A stretch of 45,854 bases of DNA. Origin: Myxococcota bacterium. GTDB taxonomy: Bacteria > Myxococcota_A > Polyangia > Nannocystales > Nannocystaceae. The stretch spans positions 1 through 45,854 of the forward strand of contig JBCCHT010000064.1 in assembly GCA_039028615.1 (NCBI GenBank). Direction: 5' to 3'. Within the stretch, counting starts at the first letter, position 1, and each line of letters opens with the position of its first letter. Below, one piece after another: positions 25,062-34,030 of the stretch. The position numbers were made by a program, and so were the translations under genes. The notes under the pieces were generated by a model. It searched no databases and was not told the DNA's origin. It saw only the letters and a list, made by a program, of their open reading frames with translations.

Positions 25062-25305
25062 GGGCGGTGCTGCCTGGGGCCCGCGGCAAAGCCTGATGGC
25101 CGCGAACGCCCGAACGGTAAAGCACCCGGCCGTGTCTTGGCGATAAGGGGGGCGGCCCCGGGCCCCTCCAGGAACCGCCCCGTGCCTTCGACCCCGGGTC
25201 GTTGGCGATGGTTTGGTCGCATTGGCGGCGCGCCGTGCGAAAGCCCACGGATCGACGCCCTACGGTCAACCACGTCGAGGCACGCCTCGTGGCAAACCTG
25301 AGTCA

Positions 25306-25611
25306 GTGATCGAGCGCGTCGTCCTCATCGAGCTTCGTCCCGAGTACCGAGGTGCCGAGGACCTGGCCACCATCGCCGCCCAGACTCGCCAAGTGCTCGC
25401 GTCGATTCCCGATGTTCGTGCGCTGCGGGTGGGCACGGCCGCGGACGATCGCACCGCGGGTGCATGGCAGCTTTGCATCGAAGTGCAGTGCGACGACCTC
25501 GAAGCGGTGGAGCGCTACCGGGCCCACAAGGCGCACCGGGCTTATGTCGACGTGTTCTTGCGACCGATGATGGCCAGCATCCGCGTCTACAACTTCGAGT
25601 CCATCGACTGA
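25306..25611 (+). CDS. Dabb family stress-responsive alpha/beta barrel protein
   Basis: IERVVLIEL..IPDVRALRVG..VERYRAHKAHRAYV; about 100 aa; GTG start. Confidence 0.8.
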   Translation: MIERVVLIELRPEYRGAEDLATIAAQTRQVLASIPDVRALRVGTAADDRTAGAWQLCIEVQCDDLEAVERYRAHKAHRAYVDVFLRPMMASIRVYNFESID

Positions 25612-25962
25612 CGATTCGCTCTCGGCCGTGGACTGGGTCTCGCGCGACTCGGCGACCGACCGTCGTCGGGGAACGGCCGAGCGCACCCTCGACCCGGGGA
25701 ACGCGCTCGCGCCGCGCCCCCGCGCACGCGGGCGGCTTCGCTCCGCACGGGGCCGGTCAGATCTCCAAGGGTCGGAAGAATTCGTGCCGAAATTGCCGTG
25801 CTCGAAGTGCGTAGGCCCCCGTAGAACGGCGTCCGAAGGCCTAAGTGCCCGAAACCATTGGATCGTCCCGGCTTGCTCGATTTCGTAAATATGACAATCT
25901 GGATTACCTTTACTTCTTGATATGATCTAGCTTGTCCGCCGCGGAGCAAGAGGTTCCATCTG

Positions 25963-27126
25963 ATGAAGCGCAAGGATCTCCGAACTAGCTCGATGTGCAT
26001 CGCGGCCGCAGCTGCCCTTTGCGGGGCCTGTGGGTCGAACGCCGGGAGCGATGACGAGGACACGGGCATCGACTTGCCCACCGGTTCCGCCTCCGAGGAC
26101 GGCGGCGACAGCCTCGACGACGGGTCCGGGGTCGACGACGGCAGCGACGGCACTGGCCCCGGTGACTGCGGGGCCGCGACCTTCATGCTCGACCACCAGC
26201 CGAGCAACGTCGTCCTCGTCTTGGACAAGTCGTTCAGCATGGTCGACAACTCGTGGGACCACGACGGCGACGGCAGCACCGAGCCCATCACGCGATGGAA
26301 CAGCCTGCACAGCTCGGTGTCGTTCATCGTCGACGAGTTCGATACCGGCCTGAACTTCGGCGCGGTGCTCTTCCCCTCCACCGAGGTGCCGGACAACGAG
26401 TGGGAGACCGCGTGCCACGTGCTCACGGAGCCCGACTCTCCGGTCACGCCGCTCGGGGGACAGGCCGTGCTCGCGTCGTTGCCCGGGCCCGATGACGTCG
26501 AAATCTACGGCGGCACTCCGGCCAGCGGTGGCGTCAGCACGGCGCTCGAGCACCTGCGCACGCTCGACGACGAGCTGCCGCAGGCGATGATCCTCATCAC
26601 CGACGGGGCGGCCAACTGCCTCGAGGGCACCACCGAAGAGGACGTCTTCAACCTCTACGACGAGAACCTGCCCGGCCTGGTCGCCAGCGCCTACAACGAC
26701 CAGGACATCCCGACCTTCGTCGTCGGCATCGACATCATCGACGAGATCGCCAACTTCCCCGAGGACAACCCGTACGAGCGGCTCAACGAGGTCGCCATCG
26801 CGGGCGGCTTCCCGCGTCCCGGCACCGAGAAGTTCCACAACGCCCAGGACGAAGCGGAGCTGCGCTCGGCCATCAGCCAGATCTCCAGCCAGATCGGCTG
26901 CACCATTCCCCTCGACACCGCGCCCGACCTGCCGGACCTCCTGTCGATCGTCATCGACGGCGAGGAAATCCCCAACGTCGACGAGTGTGGCGAGGCCGAC
27001 CTCGGGTGGCGCTACGTCAACCCCTCGGGGCCCTACGACGAGATCGAGCTGTGCGGGCAGGCCTGCAACTCGCTGCACGACGTGGGCACCTTGGCCGCCC
27101 ACTACAACTGCATCCCGCCGCAATAG
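25963..27126 (+). CDS. vWA domain lipoprotein (CglB-like architecture)
   Basis: MIDAS-like VLVLDKSFSM, GTP, ILITDG, TFVVG; Cys-rich C-terminus IELCGQAC. Confidence 0.85.
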   Translation: MKRKDLRTSSMCIAAAAALCGACGSNAGSDDEDTGIDLPTGSASEDGGDSLDDGSGVDDGSDGTGPGDCGAATFMLDHQPSNVVLVLDKSFSMVDNSWDHDGDGSTEPITRWNSLHSSVSFIVDEFDTGLNFGAVLFPSTEVPDNEWETACHVLTEPDSPVTPLGGQAVLASLPGPDDVEIYGGTPASGGVSTALEHLRTLDDELPQAMILITDGAANCLEGTTEEDVFNLYDENLPGLVASAYNDQDIPTFVVGIDIIDEIANFPEDNPYERLNEVAIAGGFPRPGTEKFHNAQDEAELRSAISQISSQIGCTIPLDTAPDLPDLLSIVIDGEEIPNVDECGEADLGWRYVNPSGPYDEIELCGQACNSLHDVGTLAAHYNCIPPQ

Positions 27127-27280
27127 CGTCGCGTTTTCCAAGCCCGCGTGGTGTCGCTCCGATGCCCGCGGGCTTCGTCGTGTCCGGGGTCGGTGCGGGG
27201 TCGATGTCGGTGAAGCAACATCGTGTCGATTCATCGACATTGCGCGAGCCAAGCCCGCCGCGGACGGGCATGCTCGGGAC

Positions 27281-29041
27281 ATGGACGAAGACGCATGGGT
27301 CGACGTGGCCGCCCCCGAGGAGCTGACCGTCGACAGCCCCTCGCTGGTGAAGCTGGGCAAGCGCCAGCTCGCGGTGCTGCGAACCGAGGACGGAGACCTC
27401 TTCGCGATCGACAACCGCTGTCCGCACGAAGGCTACCCGCTGGTCCAAGGGCAGGTGCGGGGCTGCACGCTCACCTGCGCCTGGCACAACTTCAAGTTCG
27501 ACCTCCGCGACGGGCGTTGTCTCAAGGGCGACGAAGCGGTGGCCGTCTATCCCGTGCGCGTGCACGAGGGGCGGGTGCAGGTCGACGCGCGCCCGCCCGT
27601 GGAGGAGGGCGCCGTCGACAAGGGCTTTGCGGGGCTCGAGCAGGGGCTCTTGGAGCGGCGCATGGGCCAGGTGGCGCGGCAGGTCGTGCGACTCTTGGAG
27701 CTCGGGGTGGAGGCGCCTCGGATCGCGGTGGAGGCCGCTCGCTTCGATGCCCAGCGCGCCGAGTGGGGCTCCACGCATGCGTTGCCCGTGGCCGCGGACT
27801 TGTTGCCCTTGCTGCCGCGGTATCCGGGCGCGGAGGCGGCCTTGCCCCTGGTGCAGGCCTTCGACATGGCGAGCGAAAACCACGTGCGTCGGTCGGTGCG
27901 GCCGCTCGCCGAGGCCGTCGACCCGGGGGATGACCCGGTCGCGGCGGGCGTGCGCCTGCGGGAGTTGGTCGAACGCGAGGAGGGGGCCGCCGCCGAAGCG
28001 TTGCTGCGCGGCGCCTTGGACAAAGGGTGGGGGAGGGCGGAGCTCGAGCCCTGGTTCTTCGGCCCCGCTTGTGACCACCACCTGTCGTTCGGTCATCCGC
28101 TCATCTATCAGATCAAGATCTTCGACTTGCTCGAGCAGGTGGGCTGGGAGCATGCCGCGGTGCTGCTGCCCGCGCATCTGCACGGCATCGTCAGCTCGAC
28201 GCGCGAGGACACGCTGCCGCGCTGGCGGGCGTTTGGGCAGCGACTGGCCGACGTGGAGCCCAAGTTCGCCGCGTGGCGAGTCCAGCCCGCCCGGCATGAA
28301 CGCGTCGCGGACATCGATGCCGACGTACGCCAGGCGTGGTGGCAAGCCTGGGTGCAGGGCGATCGCGATGCCAGCTTCGATGCCGTCGTCGGAGCGCTCG
28401 ATGCCGCCGTCGCGCCCGCGGCCATTGCCGACCTGATCGCAGCCGCGGCGGCTGCCCGGCTGCTGCGCTTCGACCTTCGCCACGATCGCGACATCACCGT
28501 GCAAGAGGGCTGGCTGGACATCACCCACAGCATGTCCTTCGCGGACGCGGTGCATCACGCCGTGCTGCGCTACCCCGATGCGACCGCACTACGGCCGCTC
28601 TTCTACGCTGCTCGCTTCGTCAACAATGCCTCGGGGCTCGACGAGCCCGGGCCATCGAGTGAGCCCGTGCCCACCGCGGGCAAGGTCGATGTCGGCATGA
28701 TCGGCGACGCGATCGCACAGCGAGAACCCGAGCGCGCGATGGCCCACACCGCGGCCTACCTGCAGGACCGCGGGGCCGACGATGCCCTCGAGGTCGCGCT
28801 CACCGAGCTGCCCTTCGCTGACCTGTACGTGCGGCCCATCATCGTGGCCCACGTCATCAAGATGGCTCGCGTGGCCCTGTCCCTCGCCGCGCGGCTGCAA
28901 GGCTCTCCGTGGGCCCATGCGCCGATCTTGGCCTTCGTGCGCTTCGCCGCCGCACCCCTTCGCGAGCGCTCACTCGGACGTTTGGTGCACGAAGCCAAGC
29001 GGTTGGTCGTCGACGGCAAGGTTCCCCGGGCGCTGACCTGA
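27281..29041 (+). CDS. Rieske [2Fe-2S] domain protein with long helical C-terminal region
   Basis: NRCPHEGYPL and LTCAWHNFKFD Rieske ligands. Confidence 0.88.
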   Translation: MDEDAWVDVAAPEELTVDSPSLVKLGKRQLAVLRTEDGDLFAIDNRCPHEGYPLVQGQVRGCTLTCAWHNFKFDLRDGRCLKGDEAVAVYPVRVHEGRVQVDARPPVEEGAVDKGFAGLEQGLLERRMGQVARQVVRLLELGVEAPRIAVEAARFDAQRAEWGSTHALPVAADLLPLLPRYPGAEAALPLVQAFDMASENHVRRSVRPLAEAVDPGDDPVAAGVRLRELVEREEGAAAEALLRGALDKGWGRAELEPWFFGPACDHHLSFGHPLIYQIKIFDLLEQVGWEHAAVLLPAHLHGIVSSTREDTLPRWRAFGQRLADVEPKFAAWRVQPARHERVADIDADVRQAWWQAWVQGDRDASFDAVVGALDAAVAPAAIADLIAAAAAARLLRFDLRHDRDITVQEGWLDITHSMSFADAVHHAVLRYPDATALRPLFYAARFVNNASGLDEPGPSSEPVPTAGKVDVGMIGDAIAQREPERAMAHTAAYLQDRGADDALEVALTELPFADLYVRPIIVAHVIKMARVALSLAARLQGSPWAHAPILAFVRFAAAPLRERSLGRLVHEAKRLVVDGKVPRALT

Positions 29042-29058
29042 GCCCGGGGCGCGCGGCC

Positions 29059-29670
29059 TCAGCCGCGGCGGATCTTGATCGACCCCACGAACTTGGCCTT
29101 CGCCGAGCCGCTGCCGCTCACCAGCACCGCCACCGACTTACCCGAGCCGATCACGCTCGAGCCCTCGAGGAACTGCATGGCCTCTCCGTTGGGGCCCTGC
29201 ACCTCGTGTCCGTCGATGGCGACCCGCATCGCTCCGTCTTCGCAGCCCGTGCTCTGGGGGTTCAGCGTCAGCACGAACTCCTGCTCCGTCGCGAACGCGG
29301 CCACCATGCTCTCCGCGCCCGCCTGCGGGTATGCCACCCACGTCGCCTGCTCGTACTCACACGGATCCTCGCGCACCACTTCCCAGCCGCCCTGGAAGTT
29401 CTCCCCGGGCCCCAACTGCTCCACGTGGATCGACGTGCCCTCCACGAACACGCTGCCGCCCTCGTTGAGGGGCGCCTCGATCTGCTTGCCGTCCACCATG
29501 ATGCGGAACTGCACGATGTCCTGATCGACCAGCTCCGTGCACGACAGGCGGAACATCTTCGGCTTCGCCAGCGTGTTCGCCGTGATCGTCGTGTGCCGTT
29601 TCGTCTCGGAGGTCTTCCATCCGCCGAAGAAGAGGTGGTCCTGAGCCTTCGTGGTGCGGTCGTCGGTCAT
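29059..29670 (-). CDS. Hypothetical protein with internal duplication
   Basis: 203 aa; protein-like composition; two similar beta-rich halves. Confidence 0.7.
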   Translation of the reverse strand: MTDDRTTKAQDHLFFGGWKTSETKRHTTITANTLAKPKMFRLSCTELVDQDIVQFRIMVDGKQIEAPLNEGGSVFVEGTSIHVEQLGPGENFQGGWEVVREDPCEYEQATWVAYPQAGAESMVAAFATEQEFVLTLNPQSTGCEDGAMRVAIDGHEVQGPNGEAMQFLEGSSVIGSGKSVAVLVSGSGSAKAKFVGSIKIRRG

Positions 29671-29882
29671 CGCGGTCTCGTTTGGGGGCCGGGTCTCGGC
29701 GTTGCGCTGGAGCTTACCCGCCCGCGGCTCCGCTCACCGCACCAGCCCCGCCACTGCTCCCAAACCGCACCGAAGACCCCTCTGCACGCTCGAACCCGCC
29801 CTCCTGCGACCGCCGGGGTCTCCGCCGGTCCGGGACAGTCCACCGCCGTTTCGCATCCTCGGGTACAACCGAAGGGCTCGCG

Positions 29883-30533
29883 ATGTTGTCCCTGCTCGCC
29901 ATCGTTCCCTTGATGCTCGCGCCCACCGAGCCCTTGCCCGGAGCGCCCCGGGACGAAGGTCCGGCCGTCACTGCCATCGGCGTCACCTTTGCCTTCGAGC
30001 CTCGCTTCGGCAACTACGCCGCCCTCGACGACGACCTGCGCGCCTACGGCTTCACCCCCGTCGGCTCCGCCTTCCATCCCGCCTTCGGCCTGCGCGGTCG
30101 CATGCGCCTGCGCAACGGTGTCTACGTCGGCATGTCGATGACCTATGGTTTTCGCCTCGCCGAAGACCCCGCCAACGTCGTGCCCACCACGAGCACACTG
30201 CTCGACTCCGGGGTCGGCGTCGGCTACTGGTCCAAGCTCGGCCTGTTCGGTGGCCTCGACCTCGGCTTCGGCTCCCTGTCGCATTCCGTCGGCTCCACCA
30301 CCGAAGGCGGCGCGCTCGTCTACCTCGGCCCCTACCTGCACCCGCGGATCGGCTACGCCTTCGTCGGCAAGGGCCCCATGGTCGCCCTGACCGTCGGCTA
30401 CAACCTCCACCTCCCCGTCGGCTCCGCGCACGAGCAAGCCCTGTGGGAGGCCTCCTTCGCGCGACCGCAGGTGCATGCATTCACCGTGGGCATCGAGTCC
30501 GGCTTCGGCTGGCGAATGGGGGAGGGACGATGA
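29883..30533 (+). CDS. Hypothetical secreted protein, likely outer-membrane beta-barrel
   Basis: Signal-like N-terminus; alternating Gly/aromatic strands (GVGVGYW, GGLDLGFG, TVGYNLHL). Confidence 0.65.
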   Translation: MLSLLAIVPLMLAPTEPLPGAPRDEGPAVTAIGVTFAFEPRFGNYAALDDDLRAYGFTPVGSAFHPAFGLRGRMRLRNGVYVGMSMTYGFRLAEDPANVVPTTSTLLDSGVGVGYWSKLGLFGGLDLGFGSLSHSVGSTTEGGALVYLGPYLHPRIGYAFVGKGPMVALTVGYNLHLPVGSAHEQALWEASFARPQVHAFTVGIESGFGWRMGEGR

Positions 30534-31693
30534 GCACTCACGCTGCGATTGGGCATTCGCCGAACGCACCACGTCGGGCCACACGTGGCCTCGAGCGGAG
30601 CCGCCCGAGAGCCGGTCGCCTCGGCCTCGTAGTGGCATTGGGACTCGCGGTCGCGGCCTGCAGCGAGCCCTGTGCCGAGGCCCCCGACGGCACCCTCGGC
30701 ACCCCGTCCGCCTGGGAGCAGGCCTTCCTCGAGGGCCCTGGCGTGCCCGAGTCACCCCCCATGCGCATGCTCGAGGCCGAAGACGGCCACGAGCTCGCCT
30801 ACGCCGACTGGGTCCCCGACGGCTGGGACGGCTCCGGGCCGATGGTTGTGCTCGTCCACGGCTCATCCGCCTACGGCGAGCTCTACGGCGCCCTGGGGCA
30901 GGGCCTCGCCGTCCGGGGCGTCTACGCCCGCCTCATCGACGTACGAGGCCACGGGCGCTCTGCGTGCCCCACCGAGGCGTGCACCAATCGCGAGCAGCCG
31001 CGGACCTACATCGACGACGGACGCTACTGGCCGGGTCGCCCCGGAGACAGCCTCGACGACGACCAGATCGTCCGAGACCTGCACGCCTTCGTCGACGACC
31101 TACGGAGCAGCTGGCCCAACGCCTGGACCCTCGTCGCTGGTCACAGCAGCGGGGCGGGGGTCGTCGCTCGCTACGTCGAGCAGACCGGCATGGCCCACCT
31201 CGCGGGCGCCATGCAGCTCACGCCCTTTCATCATCCCGACCAGCCTCAAAACGCCCTCGAGACCTGGGACTGCGGTCGCATGGCGGGCAGTGGCTATGCC
31301 CGGGTCGACCTCGGTGCCTTTGGTGACGGGCGGCGCGGCAACGGCCATCGCTACGTCCTGTCGTTTCACAAGAACGACGAGTACGTCACCACCCTCGATA
31401 CCACCCAGTACAGCTACAACACCGTGCTGGGCATGGCCGCCACCGGCCCCGACTCCTTCCACGACGCCTTCACCAAGCCCACCCTGTGGATCGCTGCCGA
31501 CCAGGACGCCTTGCTCGACCTCGACGTCTCGCGCCAGGAGTTCCAGCGTCTCGCCAACCCCCAGGCCTTTGTCGAGGTTCGCAACACCAGTCACATCGGC
31601 GTTAGCTGGTCCGACGACGTCGCCGCCGTCATGGCCGACTTCGCCTTCGACCCCGAAGGCGCTGCTGATCAAGTCATCGACCCCAGCGCGTGA
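30530..31693 (+). CDS. Alpha/beta hydrolase lipoprotein
   Basis: ATGA overlap with the upstream gene; VLVHG, DVRGHGRS, nucleophile GHSSG, D in DQDAL, H in TSHIG. Confidence 0.88.
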   Translation: MSTHAAIGHSPNAPRRATRGLERSRPRAGRLGLVVALGLAVAACSEPCAEAPDGTLGTPSAWEQAFLEGPGVPESPPMRMLEAEDGHELAYADWVPDGWDGSGPMVVLVHGSSAYGELYGALGQGLAVRGVYARLIDVRGHGRSACPTEACTNREQPRTYIDDGRYWPGRPGDSLDDDQIVRDLHAFVDDLRSSWPNAWTLVAGHSSGAGVVARYVEQTGMAHLAGAMQLTPFHHPDQPQNALETWDCGRMAGSGYARVDLGAFGDGRRGNGHRYVLSFHKNDEYVTTLDTTQYSYNTVLGMAATGPDSFHDAFTKPTLWIAADQDALLDLDVSRQEFQRLANPQAFVEVRNTSHIGVSWSDDVAAVMADFAFDPEGAADQVIDPSA

Positions 31694-31860
31694 GCGGCCC
31701 GGCTTTTCTTCGAAGGTCATCGGCCCCGTCGCGTGAGCGAGCCCGGCCTCTTCCGCGAGAGGCATCGACTCTGGCACGTGACCGGGCCGGCCTCTCTTCG
31801 AGAGGTCATCGGCCCCGGGTGCATGAGCGGCCCGGCCTCCCGTTGGAGGTGCGGGCCGAC
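31690..31860. repeat. Tandem array of four degenerate 43-45 bp palindromic (REP-like) units
   Basis: Units start at 31690, 31733, 31778 and 31823; shared core TGAGCGGCCCGGCCTCT..GAGAGGTCATCGGCCCC. Confidence 0.75.
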
Positions 31861-31877
31861 TGCGGATTGTGCGCGGG

Positions 31878-32276
31878 TCAGTCCGCGACCGCCACCACCT
31901 CGATCTCCACCAGCACCCCCTTGGGTAGCCCCGCCACCTCGACCGTCGCGCGGGCCGGGGGTGCCGCGTCGAAGCGCTCCGCGTACAGCCCGTTGACCAC
32001 CGCAAAATCTCCCAGGTCCTTCAGGAAGATCCCCGACCGGACCACATCCGAAAACGTCATCCCCGCCTCGGCCAGCACTGCCGCCAGATTGTCCAGCACC
32101 TGCCGGGTTTGGACCGCCACATCGCCCTCGCCCACGATTTCGCCCGTCGCCGGGTCCAGCGAGATCTGCCCCGACGAATAAAGCGTCCGCCCTCCGCTCA
32201 CCACCACCCCTTGGCTATAGGGTCCGATGGCTGCAGGGGCCTTGTCCGTGGCGATGATGCGTCGTTGTACCGGCAT
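31878..32276 (-). CDS. ridA: RidA/YjgF family reactive-imine deaminase
   Basis: APAAIGPYSQ, SGQI, PARATVEVAGLPKGVLVEIE. Confidence 0.93.
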   Translation of the reverse strand: MPVQRRIIATDKAPAAIGPYSQGVVVSGGRTLYSSGQISLDPATGEIVGEGDVAVQTRQVLDNLAAVLAEAGMTFSDVVRSGIFLKDLGDFAVVNGLYAERFDAAPPARATVEVAGLPKGVLVEIEVVAVAD

Positions 32277-32310
32277 GATGGACGCGAACTTCGCTCACGC
32301 CCCCAGGGCA

Positions 32311-32339
32311 TTGCAAGGCCCCCGAGGTTTGGCTATACA
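32311..32339 (+). promoter_or_regulatory. sigma70-type promoter of tRNA-Val
   Basis: TTGCAA-17 bp-TATACA ending 24 bp upstream of the tRNA. Confidence 0.7.
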
Positions 32340-32363
32340 GCGCGTCCGCATCGACCAGACCAC

Positions 32364-32437
32364 GGGCGCGTAACTCAGTTGGTTAGAGTGCCACCTTCAC
32401 ACGGTGGAAGTCACAGGTTCGAGTCCTGTCGCGCCCA
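32364..32437 (+). tRNA. tRNA-Val(CAC), CCA not encoded
   Basis: Acceptor stem GGGCGCG/CGCGCCC plus discriminator A; D arm CTCAGTTGGTTAGAG; anticodon arm CCACC-TTCACAC-GGTGG; T arm ACAGG-TTCGAGT-CCTGT. Confidence 0.97.
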
Positions 32438-32446
32438 CAACGAATT

Positions 32447-32478
32447 CAGCCCCTAGGGACCCCCTAGCGGGCTGTTTT
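32447..32478 (+). terminator. Terminator hairpin downstream of the tRNA, overlapping the integrase stop codon
   Basis: Imperfect stem CAGCCCCTAGGG...CCCTAGCGGGCTG followed by TTTT. Confidence 0.7.
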
Positions 32479-33639
32479 CGATCCGCCTCCCCCCGCGGTG
32501 CCCAAGCGGTGCCCAACTTTGGGCACCGGTGGCACAATGCGTAGATCTCGCCGTTTCGGCGCGATCCGCTGGATCAGGGACTCGACTTCGCGCGGAGCGA
32601 GGTGGGCGTAGCGGGCGAGCATCGCCTCGCTCGTCCAGCCGCCCCACATCATCACCACCCGGCTGTGGACGCCCCGCAGGATGCAGTGGCTCGCCCAGGT
32701 GTGCCGGAGCATGTGGATGTGGAGGTGCTTGGTCAGGCCCGACGATCGCCGGGCTCTCCCCAGGGCGCGCCGAAGCTCGTCCTGGTGGAACGGGATGTAG
32801 GCGTCGCCGAAGATGAACGCGTCGTCTCGGCGCTTGCCTCGAATCGGCCGCAGAGCCGCAAGAGCATCCCACGTCAGCGGGACCTCGCGCGGGCGGCCGC
32901 CCTTGGGTGGACCGGGTTCTTGGAGAATTTCGCTCCACGACCGTTGGACCACGAGGCGCTCGCCCTCGAGGTCGACGTCGCTCCAGCGAAGGCCTTGGAG
33001 TTCGCCGACTCGTAAGCCCGTGCGGACTGCGACGGTCACGACGGCGAGCCATTCAGGCTCCGTTGCTTCGAGCAGTGCGGTCGTTTCTTCTTGGGTGAGC
33101 CACTTGTCGTCTTCCAAGCGTTCGGGCTTCTTCTTGAGGGTGCAGATCTCCGGCACCTCGTCGATGTAGCTCCAGCGCTTGGCGACGTTCAGCATCCGAC
33201 GGAGCAGTCCGAGGATGTTGGCCACCGAGTTGTGGCTGAGCGGTCGCCGGCTGACCTCGCCCGATTGGAGCTTGGTTGTGAGACGGTCAATGGCTCGGGC
33301 CGTGATCTGATCGACGCGTTGGTCGCCGAGCACCGGCTCAAGGTACGCCTTCCACATCCGTTCCGCTTCTAGGATCGTTCGCGGGCGGTTCGGTCGCTTG
33401 TTCGCGCTGCTGGCCTGGAACGCGATGAACTCGGGCCACATCTCGCTGAGGGTTGGTCGTGGTTCTGTCTGGTCCTCCTCCTCCCGTGCCAGGGCTTCGA
33501 ACAACGCGTGCTCGAACGCCTGCGCGCCGCGCTTGGTCTGTACCGGGCTGACCTTGCGAACGCGTAGGACGGAGCCGTCTGGCTTCGTGTGTCGAAAATC
33601 AATCATCCATTGCCCCCGGGGGCTCTTTCGTACGGTCAT
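32464..33639 (-). CDS. int: Tyrosine recombinase/phage integrase
   Basis: Arm-binding-like N-terminus (QWMIDFRHTKPDG..TKRGAQAFE); RTGLRVGELQGLRWSDVD, PKGGR, HMLRHTWAS, WGGW, RYAH; ATG at 33639 overlaps the xis stop. Confidence 0.96.
   Translation of the reverse strand: MTVRKSPRGQWMIDFRHTKPDGSVLRVRKVSPVQTKRGAQAFEHALFEALAREEEDQTEPRPTLSEMWPEFIAFQASSANKRPNRPRTILEAERMWKAYLEPVLGDQRVDQITARAIDRLTTKLQSGEVSRRPLSHNSVANILGLLRRMLNVAKRWSYIDEVPEICTLKKKPERLEDDKWLTQEETTALLEATEPEWLAVVTVAVRTGLRVGELQGLRWSDVDLEGERLVVQRSWSEILQEPGPPKGGRPREVPLTWDALAALRPIRGKRRDDAFIFGDAYIPFHQDELRRALGRARRSSGLTKHLHIHMLRHTWASHCILRGVHSRVVMMWGGWTSEAMLARYAHLAPREVESLIQRIAPKRRDLRIVPPVPKVGHRLGTAGGGGSKTAR
32495..32528. repeat. Putative integrase arm-type binding sites
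   Basis: GCGGTGCCCAA twice in tandem (32495-32505, 32506-32516) plus an inverted copy TTGGGCACCG (32519-32528). Confidence 0.7.
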
Positions 33640-33881
33640 CGTGTCGCTTGCTTTCCGGCAACACGGGTTGGCCTGGTGATGGTAGCGTGGGCGCTGGCCG
33701 GTGCTGAGGCCGAAAGCCAACTTTCGATCGCCGTGCGCGGGAAAAGGACGCGGCGACCGACGCGGATGGACGGGATCTGACCCTGAGCTGCGGCTTCGTA
33801 GACGGTCTTGCGGTTGACTCTGAGTAGCGCCGCGAGCTCTCGGGCCGTCAGCGTGGCGCGTTCTGATTGCGTTGCCTGCAC
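33636..33881 (-). CDS. Excisionase-like HTH_17 DNA-binding protein; start uncertain
   Basis: LTARELAALLRVNRKTVYEAAAQGQIPSIRVGRRVLFPRTAIESWL. Confidence 0.9.
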   Translation of the reverse strand: MQATQSERATLTARELAALLRVNRKTVYEAAAQGQIPSIRVGRRVLFPRTAIESWLSASAPASAHATITRPTRVAGKQATR

Positions 33882-34030
33882 GGGGGAGGGGAGCCCGGCT
33901 TCGTATGGCGTGGTGGGGTAAGAGGGCGCTGCCGTCGCCGTTGCTTGGGGCTTGGTGGGGCTGCTCGGCTGTGCGGGACTGCCGTGAGGTCGACGAGGAG
34001 GGGGGCGTTTGGGCAAGTTGGACCTCTGGC

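Noticed and set aside
29651..30529. 680-aa hydrolase with a long N-terminal extension
   Set aside because: The extension is an Arg/Pro-rich off-frame read of the 29883-30533 gene; the real start is ATG 30530
31690..31860. CRISPR array
   Set aside because: Units are degenerate and contiguous with no unique spacers, and there are no cas genes in the window
32438..32440. tRNA pseudogenisation because CCA is missing
   Set aside because: All arms pair correctly, a promoter is present, and many bacteria add CCA enzymatically
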